A stretch of 64,000 nt of DNA from Patescibacteria group bacterium (GCA_018818405.1 JAHIRY010000017.1:7563-71562), one strand, 5' to 3'. Shown: positions 9,123 through 18,590, counted from the first letter of the stretch. Numbers and translations: made by a program. Notes: generated by a model from the sequence alone, not told the origin.

Positions 9123-11675
9123 ATGAACAGCCACATCCAAAAAATTAAAGAAATCTTTGCAAACATCTTCAGCAAAGAATTTTTCATGACAAATCGTCGA
9201 AAGATTTTAATTGCGTCAATTGTTTTCGGCAGCGCAATTATCATTGGTGGAATCGTTATTATCTTTTACTCGAATTCAGTCAATAATAGCGATATTGGCA
9301 CTCCGTTTACTGATGAAACATCTTCCATTACAGGGCCAAAACTGCTTTTCCTCGGACTTGACGGCGCCAATTGGCCGTATGTTGAAGAGTTGATTGCCGA
9401 TGGACAAATGCCGAATTTCAAAAAACTGCTTGATAACGGAACAATGGGAATGATTAAAACATTCAATCCGCCGGTTTCTCCTCCGCAATGGACATCGGTT
9501 GCCACGGGAAAACTTCCGGCAAAACACGGGATCACCAATTTTGTTTCCTCTGCCAATGGATTTAGCGAATATGCTCTGGTAGGTTCAAATGACAGACATG
9601 TAAAAGCTTTGTGGAATATTTTTGAGGAAAAAGGATATAAAGTCGGTTTATTCGGCTGGACCGCAACATATCCGGTTGAATTGAAAACCGGCTACACTGT
9701 CACAGATATTGCCGTTATAAATCCGGTAAAAGGCATTGAACCTGATTCCTTGCGAAATGGAATTATCGCCAATACGGCCAAAACTCTCGGCTTTGCAACT
9801 TTTGCTCAAGGCGTTTCGCTTGACATTCCCGATGCGCAAGATATCAATGATGCGAAATATTTTGAAGCTGCGCACAAAAAATTCACTCTTTTTAATGATT
9901 TGTTCAATGGCAATAGTTTGTATGCTTTCAATCATGAACAACCTGATATTTTATTTCAAGAAGATGATGTTCTGGACGGAACTCAACATATTTTTCTGAA
10001 ATTCAAACGGCCGGAAGAATTCGAAGAACCGATTGAACCCGCTCTGCAGGAAAAATATGGCGATTTTGTGGATGAAATATATCGGGCAAAGGACGAATTG
10101 CTGGGCAAATATATGAAACTTGCTTCGCCTGACACTCATATTATCGTATTTTCCGATTCAGGATTTTTCGTTGATCCTGTTTCCGGCTGGCGGTTTGATA
10201 AAATTGATTCAATTTTGGAATTGCTGGGATTCCTAAAAAGAGATTCGTCCGGCAACATTGATTATTCGCGGACGATTGCTTATGAATGCGGCAATAATAA
10301 TTTTGACTGGGAGCGGCGCTTGTGCATAAATTTGGAAGACCGGCAGGAAAGGGGAATTGTAGCTCAAAAAGATTTTGACAGAACGGTAAAACAAATTATC
10401 TCTGTGTTTAATTCATTGAAAACCACTGATGGTGAAAGCATATTCAAATCGGTCTCGGAAACTTTTTCCGCCAGCGGAGATGTAAAATATGACATCAAAA
10501 GATCGGTTGTGGACAAATCGATTATTCTAAACAACAAGGAATATCCGATCAAAAAGTTTTTAACTTTATCAATAGAATCGGGCGCTCATTATGCCAATCC
10601 GGAAGGTCCGCCGGGATTTTTCATCTGGTCCGGTCCGAATATACGCAAAGGAAATGTGATCGAAAATATGAGATACATTGATTTTGCGCCGAACATTCTT
10701 TATTCACTCGGTTATCCGATCGGCAAAGATATGGACGGAGAATATTTGCAATCTATGTATGTTGAGCCGAAAATGCCGGAATACATTGAAACTTATGAAA
10801 GCAATCCGAACAAACTGAGTTCAAGCAACAATGAAATGTTAAGCGGCAGAGATAATGAAATAATTTCAGAAAACAAAGCGACGATTTTCGATGATATCAG
10901 GGAAACTGATAAATACAAACAGTTTTGTTTTAATCTGGGGAATAAGAATGTCGCTGTTCAAGTCGATAATATATACAAGGTAAATGATCCAAAGGCGGCT
11001 ATCACTACCGCGGTGAACAATGATTTCGAATCCGTTGATTTTATAAAAATAAAAAAGTTGACTGATCTCGAACAAATTTCCACAACAGTAATTTCGCCGG
11101 ACGAATTTAACACCGAAATGTCAAAGGAAAACAGCTTTAATGTTTTGGGCTCGCTGGAAACTAATACTCCGGCGGAAATGGGAATTTGGACGAACATGTC
11201 TTTCACCGTTCAATCGCCCGGCAAAGGCGTTTTCCGATTGATAGCAAAAGGAACGAGCGTGGATGGCGTGTTTCCGACATTGGAATTTTCCGAGGGCGGA
11301 AAGGTTTTTTCTCGGCTTGACATCAATTCAACGGATTATCATCCGTTTGATGTGAAAATTCCAATGGAAGGAGTAATCAATATTGCCTTTGTAAATGACA
11401 AGTATAACGATAATGAAGACAGAAATATCCGCATTCAGATGATTAAATTTTCGCAAACCGGAATGTTTGAACCGGAGCAAGACATGGATTTTTTCATGCA
11501 AAACGATGAATTGTGTTTTTACAATAGACGGAAAGGCACTTACAGACTTGAAATGTCAGTGATTCCGCAAAATATTCCTTCAACCGGCGCTGAAGACAAA
11601 GATATTCAGAAAGCGCTTGAATTTTTGCAAACCACCGGAGAAATAAAAGACACTTCCACGGAATCTGCTCCGTAA
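9123..11675 (+). CDS. Alkaline phosphatase superfamily protein, copy 2 (paralog of 4388-6928)
   Basis: Colinear with copy 1 over the whole length and carries the same motifs. Confidence 0.85.
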   Translation: MNSHIQKIKEIFANIFSKEFFMTNRRKILIASIVFGSAIIIGGIVIIFYSNSVNNSDIGTPFTDETSSITGPKLLFLGLDGANWPYVEELIADGQMPNFKKLLDNGTMGMIKTFNPPVSPPQWTSVATGKLPAKHGITNFVSSANGFSEYALVGSNDRHVKALWNIFEEKGYKVGLFGWTATYPVELKTGYTVTDIAVINPVKGIEPDSLRNGIIANTAKTLGFATFAQGVSLDIPDAQDINDAKYFEAAHKKFTLFNDLFNGNSLYAFNHEQPDILFQEDDVLDGTQHIFLKFKRPEEFEEPIEPALQEKYGDFVDEIYRAKDELLGKYMKLASPDTHIIVFSDSGFFVDPVSGWRFDKIDSILELLGFLKRDSSGNIDYSRTIAYECGNNNFDWERRLCINLEDRQERGIVAQKDFDRTVKQIISVFNSLKTTDGESIFKSVSETFSASGDVKYDIKRSVVDKSIILNNKEYPIKKFLTLSIESGAHYANPEGPPGFFIWSGPNIRKGNVIENMRYIDFAPNILYSLGYPIGKDMDGEYLQSMYVEPKMPEYIETYESNPNKLSSSNNEMLSGRDNEIISENKATIFDDIRETDKYKQFCFNLGNKNVAVQVDNIYKVNDPKAAITTAVNNDFESVDFIKIKKLTDLEQISTTVISPDEFNTEMSKENSFNVLGSLETNTPAEMGIWTNMSFTVQSPGKGVFRLIAKGTSVDGVFPTLEFSEGGKVFSRLDINSTDYHPFDVKIPMEGVINIAFVNDKYNDNEDRNIRIQMIKFSQTGMFEPEQDMDFFMQNDELCFYNRRKGTYRLEMSVIPQNIPSTGAEDKDIQKALEFLQTTGEIKDTSTESAP

Positions 11676-11706
11676 TTCTGTCCTCAATATATATTTTCAA
11701 TCATTC

Positions 11707-11736
11707 AAAAAAGACGCCAATGGAGCGTCTTTTTTT
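11707..11736. terminator. Bidirectional intrinsic terminator
   Basis: AAAAAAGACGC-loop-GCGTCTTTTTT between convergent genes. Confidence 0.8.
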
Positions 11737-11799
11737 ATTTTGGTTTGTGGGAATGTCAGAATTGGGAACAATGAATAAACTTTTTACATCCGTTCCATA

Positions 11800-13071
11800 T
11801 TAGAAATAAATATGCCAAAGGCAAATCGCCAGCAAATTTATAACTATTCCTGAAACGGCCAAATATTTTTTGGAATATGTTAGGCTCATTATCCCCATTA
11901 TAATGCTTACAAAACCTATCAATAAAAAGAATAGTTGGCAGTTAAACGAAGCGCACACATTGCCAAACAGTGAAGATGGATAAAGCATTAAATTTTTAAT
12001 AGTTTGAGCGATCGGCCAAAACATGGCGGAAAAACTGAGCGCTAAAATTCCGTTGAAAAGCCCTAAAATAAATGAGCTGATGGCTAATCCTTGCGTGTCA
12101 GTACTTTTTGTATCTTTGGCCGCCTTTCTTTTTTCTTGTTTCAAAAAAATTGCTTTCCGTCTGATGATTATTAAAATAATAGCGAGGATGACTGCGCAAA
12201 TTGTTATAATATTGATAACTTGCTGATCAACCTGTTCAGCGGTTTTTTTCTGCCACCAGCGATCAAGTTTGAAGGCGTCAAACGGTTTCGGATCTTCCGG
12301 CAGACCGCCATGCTTAATGTATGTATATTGTCCGCTCGATACTTCAACTGTTTTTTTGACATTCAAGTCAGATACCATCAATGAACCTTCCAAAACAGTG
12401 ACCGTTGTTCCTGCTTCATTCGTTTCTACGAGGAATTCCGTTCCGGTGATGCCCAAAATTGCGTCCCGCGTTTTAACTTTCCGGCATGCTTGCCTGACTA
12501 GATTTTGTCCGACAATACAATTACCGTCATGAAACGGCTGCCATTGGTATCGGTAGCGGCCAAAAACACTTTGCACTTCATGATCTGAAACCGGAGTAAA
12601 TGTTGAATTGGCGTCAAGTTGTATCAAAGAACCGTCTGGCATAGTAATATCAATCCGTTCATTATCATCCGATTGAATCGGTTTGCCTGAAGGCAGATGG
12701 TCATACTGGAGTTGTTTCAGTTGAAAAGAAGGAGTTGTTGCAAGTTTTCCCTGAGATGCCTGTTGCGTTCTGCCGGTTTGTGAGATGGCCATGCATTGCG
12801 GCCCAAAAACTCGTCCGATGGAAGTGGTGACTTCCAAACAAAAATTATTGCCTGAATCATAAAAATGAGTATAAACAAAAGCATTATTTTCGCCGTTTCT
12901 TACCAAACAATCATTGGACAAGTTTCTTAAAACGGAAAATCCCGGCTGTGCGCCAAAATACTTGCAGGCAGCCAGCGGTGTGGCAAAATCACTGATATTT
13001 TGAGCGTTGGCATTTCCTGCAAATAAAAGAAACGCTATAAACATTACTCCAACAATATATGTTTTTCTCAT
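11800..13071 (-). CDS. FecR-domain membrane protein
   Basis: Signal peptide, PDGSLIQLDANS, T.DAILGITGTEF.V, TTVTVLEGS (FecR), followed by several TM helices. Confidence 0.8.
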   Translation of the reverse strand: MRKTYIVGVMFIAFLLFAGNANAQNISDFATPLAACKYFGAQPGFSVLRNLSNDCLVRNGENNAFVYTHFYDSGNNFCLEVTTSIGRVFGPQCMAISQTGRTQQASQGKLATTPSFQLKQLQYDHLPSGKPIQSDDNERIDITMPDGSLIQLDANSTFTPVSDHEVQSVFGRYRYQWQPFHDGNCIVGQNLVRQACRKVKTRDAILGITGTEFLVETNEAGTTVTVLEGSLMVSDLNVKKTVEVSSGQYTYIKHGGLPEDPKPFDAFKLDRWWQKKTAEQVDQQVINIITICAVILAIILIIIRRKAIFLKQEKRKAAKDTKSTDTQGLAISSFILGLFNGILALSFSAMFWPIAQTIKNLMLYPSSLFGNVCASFNCQLFFLLIGFVSIIMGIMSLTYSKKYLAVSGIVINLLAICLWHIYF

Positions 13072-13133
13072 ATTACTTGATATTAGTTAATGTATATAAA
13101 AAATTATTTAAATTGTCGTTTAAATTTATAGCA

Positions 13134-14726
13134 TTATTTGACGATTCTTTCCGCTTTGTAGAATCCAAGTCCGGCTGACACGGTTCCTACGAATTTACTG
13201 GTATCCTTTATCGCAAACTCCCAGACTATTTGTTTATCCGGAGTGACTTCGATAATTTTTGTTGTAGTTGCGATCAACGTATTTCCATTTGACAAGCGAT
13301 TAACATCTCTGACAGGCCATTGCTGGGGATCTGTCACCGTATATTCCCAAACAACATTTTCATTTTGGTCGATTTCAACCGCTTTTTCCGGAACTCCGTG
13401 GTTTGCAAATAATAAATTACCATTTTCAAGCAAAGCGGGATCATGCTGTTCAATCATGATTTCAGAACCTCGCGTTTTAACCACTGAGCCTTGAGGGTTT
13501 ACTTCCACCACCATATTGAAATTTCTCGGACTCACCAGAGTATTTCCGCTAGCCAATCTGGAAACCGCATTTGTATGCGACCAGCCCTGATTTTGCTCGC
13601 TCAAGTATGGTTCGGCATTGAAATAATTTTTAGCATGCCAAGACCAGACAATTCCTCCCGCGGAATTAACTTCCACCACTTGAGGGTCAGTCATCAGATC
13701 ATTATTTCCGAAAACAAAGATCGTATTCCCGTTTGCCAGTCTGTCGGCATCATGAGAAATTTTTGTCGTCTTGTAAGACCAAACGATTTGTTTGTCTCTG
13801 TTAACTTCATACACTCCGCTACCCGGACAGACAAAAAGAATATTGTCATTTGACAAGCGTTCAACATCAAATCCCGGGTTCGTGTAAGATTTCAAATCAT
13901 CGGGGAGATTATATTCCCAGATAATTTCGCCCAGCATGTTTACCTCGAGTATTCTCGGCTTTGCGGTATTATGATTATCCGCGAACAAAGTCGTTCCATC
14001 CATGACTTTGGTTTTATCGTACACATTTAAACTGAAATCAGGATCAGCCGTGCCGCGTATCATTGTATCTTCCTCGGCAACTTCCGTTTTATCTTCCGAA
14101 GAAAACTTTTCGTTCACCGGAATCAAGTCTAAATTGGCGTTTGTAATGCCCAAACTTAAAAACCTCATAATCTGATATGCGGCTTCTCCGTCTTTCATGT
14201 AATATTTTTTCCCGTCTTTTGGATTCAAATACCAGGATTCTCCGTGCGATTCAACTTGCAATAATATTCTTCCCTTCAATCTATTTATCAAAGCTGTGTC
14301 ATAAACCAATTTTCCTTCTCCCAACGGATTCGTGTTATTTACCAGAACTTCTTGGCCGTCTGATACGGAATCGCCGTCAGTATCCGCTTTGCCGGAATCT
14401 GTTTTCAATCCATCCTCCAATTGATCCGACAATCCGTCGCCATCAGTATCCGTATCGCTGAATCTCGTTTCAACGCCTACCGGTATTTTGTTTAAATCCG
14501 CATTTTTAATACCCAGTCCGAATTCTCTCAGCGCCGAATAAGCAACATCTCCGTCTTTCAAATAACTTCTCAGCAATGTCACCGGATCAACATACCAAGC
14601 TTCGCCGTTTTCTTCGACTTGCAATAAAATACTGCCGCTCAATCTTTGAGCCAATGTCGCGGCCGAAGCAACGGCTGTAATTCCCAATACTCCGACAATA
14701 ATAACCACTAAAAATTTCTTTAGCAT
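13134..14726 (-). CDS. Secreted aryl-sulfate sulfotransferase-like beta-propeller protein with N-terminal surface repeats
   Basis: SHDAD, WSHTNAV, EQHDP, GFYKAER; two G.ILLQVE..GE.WY repeats flanking DTDGDG Ca-binding-like repeats. Confidence 0.75.
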   Translation of the reverse strand: MLKKFLVVIIVGVLGITAVASAATLAQRLSGSILLQVEENGEAWYVDPVTLLRSYLKDGDVAYSALREFGLGIKNADLNKIPVGVETRFSDTDTDGDGLSDQLEDGLKTDSGKADTDGDSVSDGQEVLVNNTNPLGEGKLVYDTALINRLKGRILLQVESHGESWYLNPKDGKKYYMKDGEAAYQIMRFLSLGITNANLDLIPVNEKFSSEDKTEVAEEDTMIRGTADPDFSLNVYDKTKVMDGTTLFADNHNTAKPRILEVNMLGEIIWEYNLPDDLKSYTNPGFDVERLSNDNILFVCPGSGVYEVNRDKQIVWSYKTTKISHDADRLANGNTIFVFGNNDLMTDPQVVEVNSAGGIVWSWHAKNYFNAEPYLSEQNQGWSHTNAVSRLASGNTLVSPRNFNMVVEVNPQGSVVKTRGSEIMIEQHDPALLENGNLLFANHGVPEKAVEIDQNENVVWEYTVTDPQQWPVRDVNRLSNGNTLIATTTKIIEVTPDKQIVWEFAIKDTSKFVGTVSAGLGFYKAERIVK

Positions 14727-14795
14727 ATACTTTTTATATTTAGTTTATAGTGATATTGTATCACCAAACAAAACAAAACAAAAATCGCATTGTCC

Positions 14796-14869
14796 TGGCA
14801 GGGGCGGTAGGAATCGAACCTACGCTAAAGGTTTTGGAGACCCTTGTACTGCCACTATACTACGCCCCC
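14796..14869 (-). tRNA. trnW: tRNA-Trp (CCA)
   Basis: Minus strand GGGGGCGTAGTATAGTGGCAGTACAAGGGTCTCCAAAACCTTTAGCGTAGGTTCGATTCCTACCGCCCCTGCCA: anticodon loop CTCCAAA, GGTTCGATTCC T-arm, encoded CCA end. Confidence 0.97.
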
Positions 14870-15007
14870 GCGAAAGCAATGCGATTTTTCAATCCTTTTT
14901 ATTACAACTAAATATAAGTTATCATAGATTAATAATTTTTTCAATAATTTAAAAGTTCCAAAAAATCACTTTTTGCGGTATAATGTCTAAGTAAATAATT
15001 CCACAGA

Positions 15008-15484
15008 ATGATCAAACGCAAAAAACCGCTGAGAAAAATCATTAGCTCGAAAATTGCAAAAATAATTTTAATTTCCGGCGGAGTGATTCTTACTTCCAGC
15101 ATGTTTTTTATGTTTTATGTTGTCAGCGCTCATGAATCAACCGAAACAATCAAAGTTTTGGAAACCAGAAATGTCATCGCCACCGCATATTCCAGCACAG
15201 CCGATCAAACGGATTCCAGCCCGTGCATTACAGCCAACGGATTGAATGTTTGCGAAAACAATGAAGAAAATGTCATTGCCGCTAACTTTCTCTTCTTTGG
15301 AACAAAAGTGAAACTGCCTGAACTTTTCGGTGACAGGATTTTCATTGTTCACGATCGCATGCACAGCCGATTCGGCGGAAATCGAATTGACATCTGGATG
15401 ACAGACAGACCAAAAGCAAAAGAATTCGGAGTAAAAAGAACAAAGATGGAAATTATTGAAATTGAGGGCGATGAAATTTATTAA
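15008..15484 (+). CDS. 3D-domain (MltA-like) cell-wall protein
   Basis: ATAYSS...QTD..P.ITANG, IAAN...FGTKV, V.DRM, RIDIW, A..FG.K. Confidence 0.88.
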   Translation: MIKRKKPLRKIISSKIAKIILISGGVILTSSMFFMFYVVSAHESTETIKVLETRNVIATAYSSTADQTDSSPCITANGLNVCENNEENVIAANFLFFGTKVKLPELFGDRIFIVHDRMHSRFGGNRIDIWMTDRPKAKEFGVKRTKMEIIEIEGDEIY

Positions 15485-15538
15485 ATTTGCAAATAATATT
15501 ACTTTCATTAAAATAATAGAAAAATAAATCAATCTTTT

Positions 15539-16480
15539 ATGCTGGGTACACCATCGATGGAACCGTTGAAACCGACAATCTGCGATTCATCTTCTGGCAA
15601 AAAAATCAAGCCGGATCAAGAATTTTTGTCGGAAAAAGCAGCCGTCAAAGAACAATTATCAGCCGAAGAAATGGAAAAAATATTGGAAACAAGGGAAGTA
15701 ATCAAAGAAATGGCGTTGGACGGCGGAGCGAATAAATCCGTTTGCATCAGATTAAAAGATGATGGGGACGCGATTTTCAAGCCCAAATCCGGAGAGAAAA
15801 TAAAATTGAGATCCGGAATTGAAGCCGGTTCGTATTTTCAAAGGGAACGCGCCGCTTATCTGGTCAGCAAATACATGGGATTTGATTTTGTACCGCCGAC
15901 CGTCATTCGAGAAGTCGGTAATGAGATCGGAAGCAGTCAGGAGTTTATTGCTGATGCGCAATTATATACTGAAAGGGTGAAACAAATTTCCTTTGCATTA
16001 GATTTTGATTATGATGTCGCGGATGAATATTTGTATTCTCAGATGGAGGGACAATTCATCAAATTATGGGTTTATGACATTGTCATTTTTAATAGCGATC
16101 GGCATGGGAATAATTTTTTGATAAAAGATAACAAGATTGTGCCGATTGATCACGGATTGTCCATGGGGGACTCGGGTCTCAAAACTTACTACTCATGTTA
16201 TGATGAGCCAATACCTGCTGATGTGCAGGATCTTTTAGAAAAATTTTCCGAATCGACTGAAAGACAATCGCAATTAAAGCAAGAACTTTTAGAAATTCTG
16301 CCCGAGGAATTGGTGGCAAAATGTTTTGCGCGAATAGACAAAGTCACTCGAATTATAATGGACAAAGGCTGTATCCCGGCGGAAGAGGAGGAAAAGATCG
16401 ATCCGTTTGATATTTCAGAACCATCGGGATTCGACGAGTTGTTTGATCTTGATTCATCTGATCGCGGTTCAATTTATTAA
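15539..16480 (+). CDS. Phosphatidylinositol 3/4-kinase-like (PI4K type II / SCO1664-like) kinase
   Basis: AIFKP..GE, RERAAYLVS, VPPT, GSSQEF, D.VIFNSDRHGNNFL, IDHGL. Confidence 0.82.
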   Translation: MLGTPSMEPLKPTICDSSSGKKIKPDQEFLSEKAAVKEQLSAEEMEKILETREVIKEMALDGGANKSVCIRLKDDGDAIFKPKSGEKIKLRSGIEAGSYFQRERAAYLVSKYMGFDFVPPTVIREVGNEIGSSQEFIADAQLYTERVKQISFALDFDYDVADEYLYSQMEGQFIKLWVYDIVIFNSDRHGNNFLIKDNKIVPIDHGLSMGDSGLKTYYSCYDEPIPADVQDLLEKFSESTERQSQLKQELLEILPEELVAKCFARIDKVTRIIMDKGCIPAEEEEKIDPFDISEPSGFDELFDLDSSDRGSIY

Positions 16481-16491
16481 TTACAAAAAAT

Positions 16492-16749
16492 ATGAAATAC
16501 GTCAAAATCTATCGTCTGCAAAATGGAGGAGAACAAAAAGCAATCGTCGAATGCAAGTTGATTGATAATGAAGTTTCGATTGACGGTGATGCGAGTTTCG
16601 TTGAATCTCTGAAGCACGAAGGCATTATTGATTATTCAGCTGAAACGGGAAAGAAACTTTTTCCGGCTGATGGCTTGAAATTCATGGAACAATTGCAAAA
16701 CAATTTCAAGTCAGGCTATCTGAATGCTTCCGCTGTTTTGGAGGAATAA
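16492..16749 (+). CDS. Small hypothetical protein coupled to the kinase gene
   Basis: ATG 11 nt after the kinase stop; 85 aa. Confidence 0.7.
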   Translation: MKYVKIYRLQNGGEQKAIVECKLIDNEVSIDGDASFVESLKHEGIIDYSAETGKKLFPADGLKFMEQLQNNFKSGYLNASAVLEE

Positions 16750-16832
16750 CCGGTTTGTGCAAAAATAATCCGCACTTGATTTTTTTTGTGAATCGATTTA
16801 TAATTTTATGATAACAAATTCCAATAGCTAAT

Positions 16833-16982
16833 ATGAAATGCATTGTCTGTGAAAAAGAAATTTCAGCCGATGAACTCATTGAAAAACATGATGTGAATTT
16901 TTGCTGTGAGAATTGCGTTTCGGATTATGAGAAAAAGCTGGAAGAATTGTCATCTGTGGTGGATTGGGATAATTGCTGTTAA
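16833..16982 (+). CDS. 49-aa Cys-rich metal-binding peptide (TRASH/YHS-like), absent from the ORF track
   Basis: MKCIVCEKEISADELIEKHDVNFCCENCVSDYEKKLEELSSVVDWDNCC; CxxC...FCCxxC pattern; TATAAT upstream. Confidence 0.75.
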   Translation: MKCIVCEKEISADELIEKHDVNFCCENCVSDYEKKLEELSSVVDWDNCC

Positions 16983-17007
16983 TAATTCCCCTCAGTGTTT
17001 CAAGGTT

Positions 17008-17457
17008 ATGAAAAATTTCATTTTGGAAAATAATGACGGAACGCCGTTCGATCTGTATCAATATCAGGGCAATGAAAATTTGCTCATGATTTTTTTTCGC
17101 GGAGCTTGGTGCAATCATTGCAAAAAACAATTGCGGGGAATCAATAATTTGTCCGCCTATTTTGAAAAACTCGGAATGAGGATTGTCGCGGTTTCCTCTG
17201 ACACAAAGTTCAAATCCAGCTTGCTGAAGAATTTTTTAAAACTGAAATTTCCCGTAATTTCGGATTCGAACTTTGAAATTATTGACAGCTTTGATTTGCG
17301 CACTCGCTATAAAGAAGCTGAAGTGGCAAAACCGGCTGTGTTTATATTTTCGCCCAATCATGAAATTTTATTTCATTATATCGGAGAAAATTACGATGAT
17401 CGTCTATCCGGCCGCGCGATTCTGCTGGAAGCGGAAAGATTGCAAAGAAATGGCTAA
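17008..17457 (+). CDS. AhpC/TSA peroxiredoxin-like redoxin
   Basis: FFRGAWCNHC..QL, IVAVSSD, FPVISD, PAVFI, DR. ATG 17008 is the likely start. Confidence 0.85.
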   Translation: MKNFILENNDGTPFDLYQYQGNENLLMIFFRGAWCNHCKKQLRGINNLSAYFEKLGMRIVAVSSDTKFKSSLLKNFLKLKFPVISDSNFEIIDSFDLRTRYKEAEVAKPAVFIFSPNHEILFHYIGENYDDRLSGRAILLEAERLQRNG

Positions 17458-17490
17458 AAAAACTAAACTACTGTAATTTCCGCCAAAAGA

Positions 17491-17528
17491 AGGGACAGTG
17501 GGGCAATGCCTTTACTGTCCTTTTTTTT
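17491..17528 (+). terminator. Intrinsic terminator
   Basis: GGACAGTGGGGCAATGCCTTTACTGTCC stem followed by a T8 tract. Confidence 0.75.
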
Positions 17529-17550
17529 TGGTTTATAATGATTTAATCCT

Positions 17551-18582
17551 ATGAAATTAAGCCTTTTCAACTACAATCTTCCCGAAGCGCTGATCGCGCA
17601 AAACCCCGCATCGCCTCGAGATCACTCTCGCTTGCTGGTTTATGACAGAAAAAAAGAAAAGATAATTCACGACAATTTTTTCAATCTGCCGAAATATTTA
17701 TCATCCGATGATATTCTCGTTTTCAATGATTCAAAAGTTTTTCCAGCACGGTTAAAGGGAAAAAAGAAAACCGGAGGAAAAGCTGAGATATTATTGCTAA
17801 AAGAATTCTCCGGCGGTGATTGGGAATGTCTGGTCGGCGCGAAAAAACCTAAAATCGGAACAATTATATTGTTCAAAAATAAATTGTCAGCTGAAATTAT
17901 TTCTAAAAATGAAAACAAAAGCTGGAATGTTAAATTCAATTTCAGCGGAAACGAATTGAAAAAAATAATTTATAAGATCGGTGAAATGCCTTTGCCTCCA
18001 TACATTGACTCAAAAAGCAAAAAGTCAAATCTGCAAAAACAATATCAAACGATTTACGCCAAGAAAACCGGATCTGCCGCCGCGCCAACCGCCGGATTGC
18101 ATTTTACCGAAAGATTGATGAAAAAAATAAAAAAAACCGGCTGCCAAACGGAATTTGTCACCTTGCATGTCGGGCTGGGAACATTCAATCCTGTAAATAC
18201 GGAAAACATTGAAGATTACCAAATTCACAAAGAATGGGTGAGCGTTGACAAAAACACAATTAAAAAACTTTTACTTGCGAAAAAATCAGGAAAAAGAATC
18301 GTTGCCGTTGGAACAACTTCGGTTCGAACTTTGGAATCATTGTTTTCCGAAAAACCTGATGTTAATAAAAATTTTGAAAAAAATGTTGATATTTTTATTT
18401 ATCCCGGATACAAATTCAAATTTGTGGACGCAATGATAACCAATTTTCATTTACCGAAATCTTCTCTGCTCATGCTTGTTTCCGCATTTACGGGAAGAGA
18501 ACAAATTTCAAAACTATACAAAAAGGCGATCAAACTGAAATACCGATTTTTCAGTTTTGGCGACGCTATGTTTTTGCAATAA
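17551..18582 (+). CDS. queA: S-adenosylmethionine:tRNA ribosyltransferase-isomerase
   Basis: LIAQ.P, VFNDSKVFPARL, PLPPYI, YQT.YA, AAPTAGLHFT, TNFHLP, YRFFSFGDAM. Confidence 0.98.
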   Translation: MKLSLFNYNLPEALIAQNPASPRDHSRLLVYDRKKEKIIHDNFFNLPKYLSSDDILVFNDSKVFPARLKGKKKTGGKAEILLLKEFSGGDWECLVGAKKPKIGTIILFKNKLSAEIISKNENKSWNVKFNFSGNELKKIIYKIGEMPLPPYIDSKSKKSNLQKQYQTIYAKKTGSAAAPTAGLHFTERLMKKIKKTGCQTEFVTLHVGLGTFNPVNTENIEDYQIHKEWVSVDKNTIKKLLLAKKSGKRIVAVGTTSVRTLESLFSEKPDVNKNFEKNVDIFIYPGYKFKFVDAMITNFHLPKSSLLMLVSAFTGREQISKLYKKAIKLKYRFFSFGDAMFLQ

Positions 18583-18590
18583 TGCGACTA

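Noticed and set aside
4388-11675. Possible diversity-generating retroelement TR/VR pair
   Set aside because: Whole-gene paralogy; differences are not adenine-specific; no reverse transcriptase in the window.
14796-16749. Prophage or island integrated at tRNA-Trp
   Set aside because: No integrase and no duplicated tRNA 3' end seen in the window.
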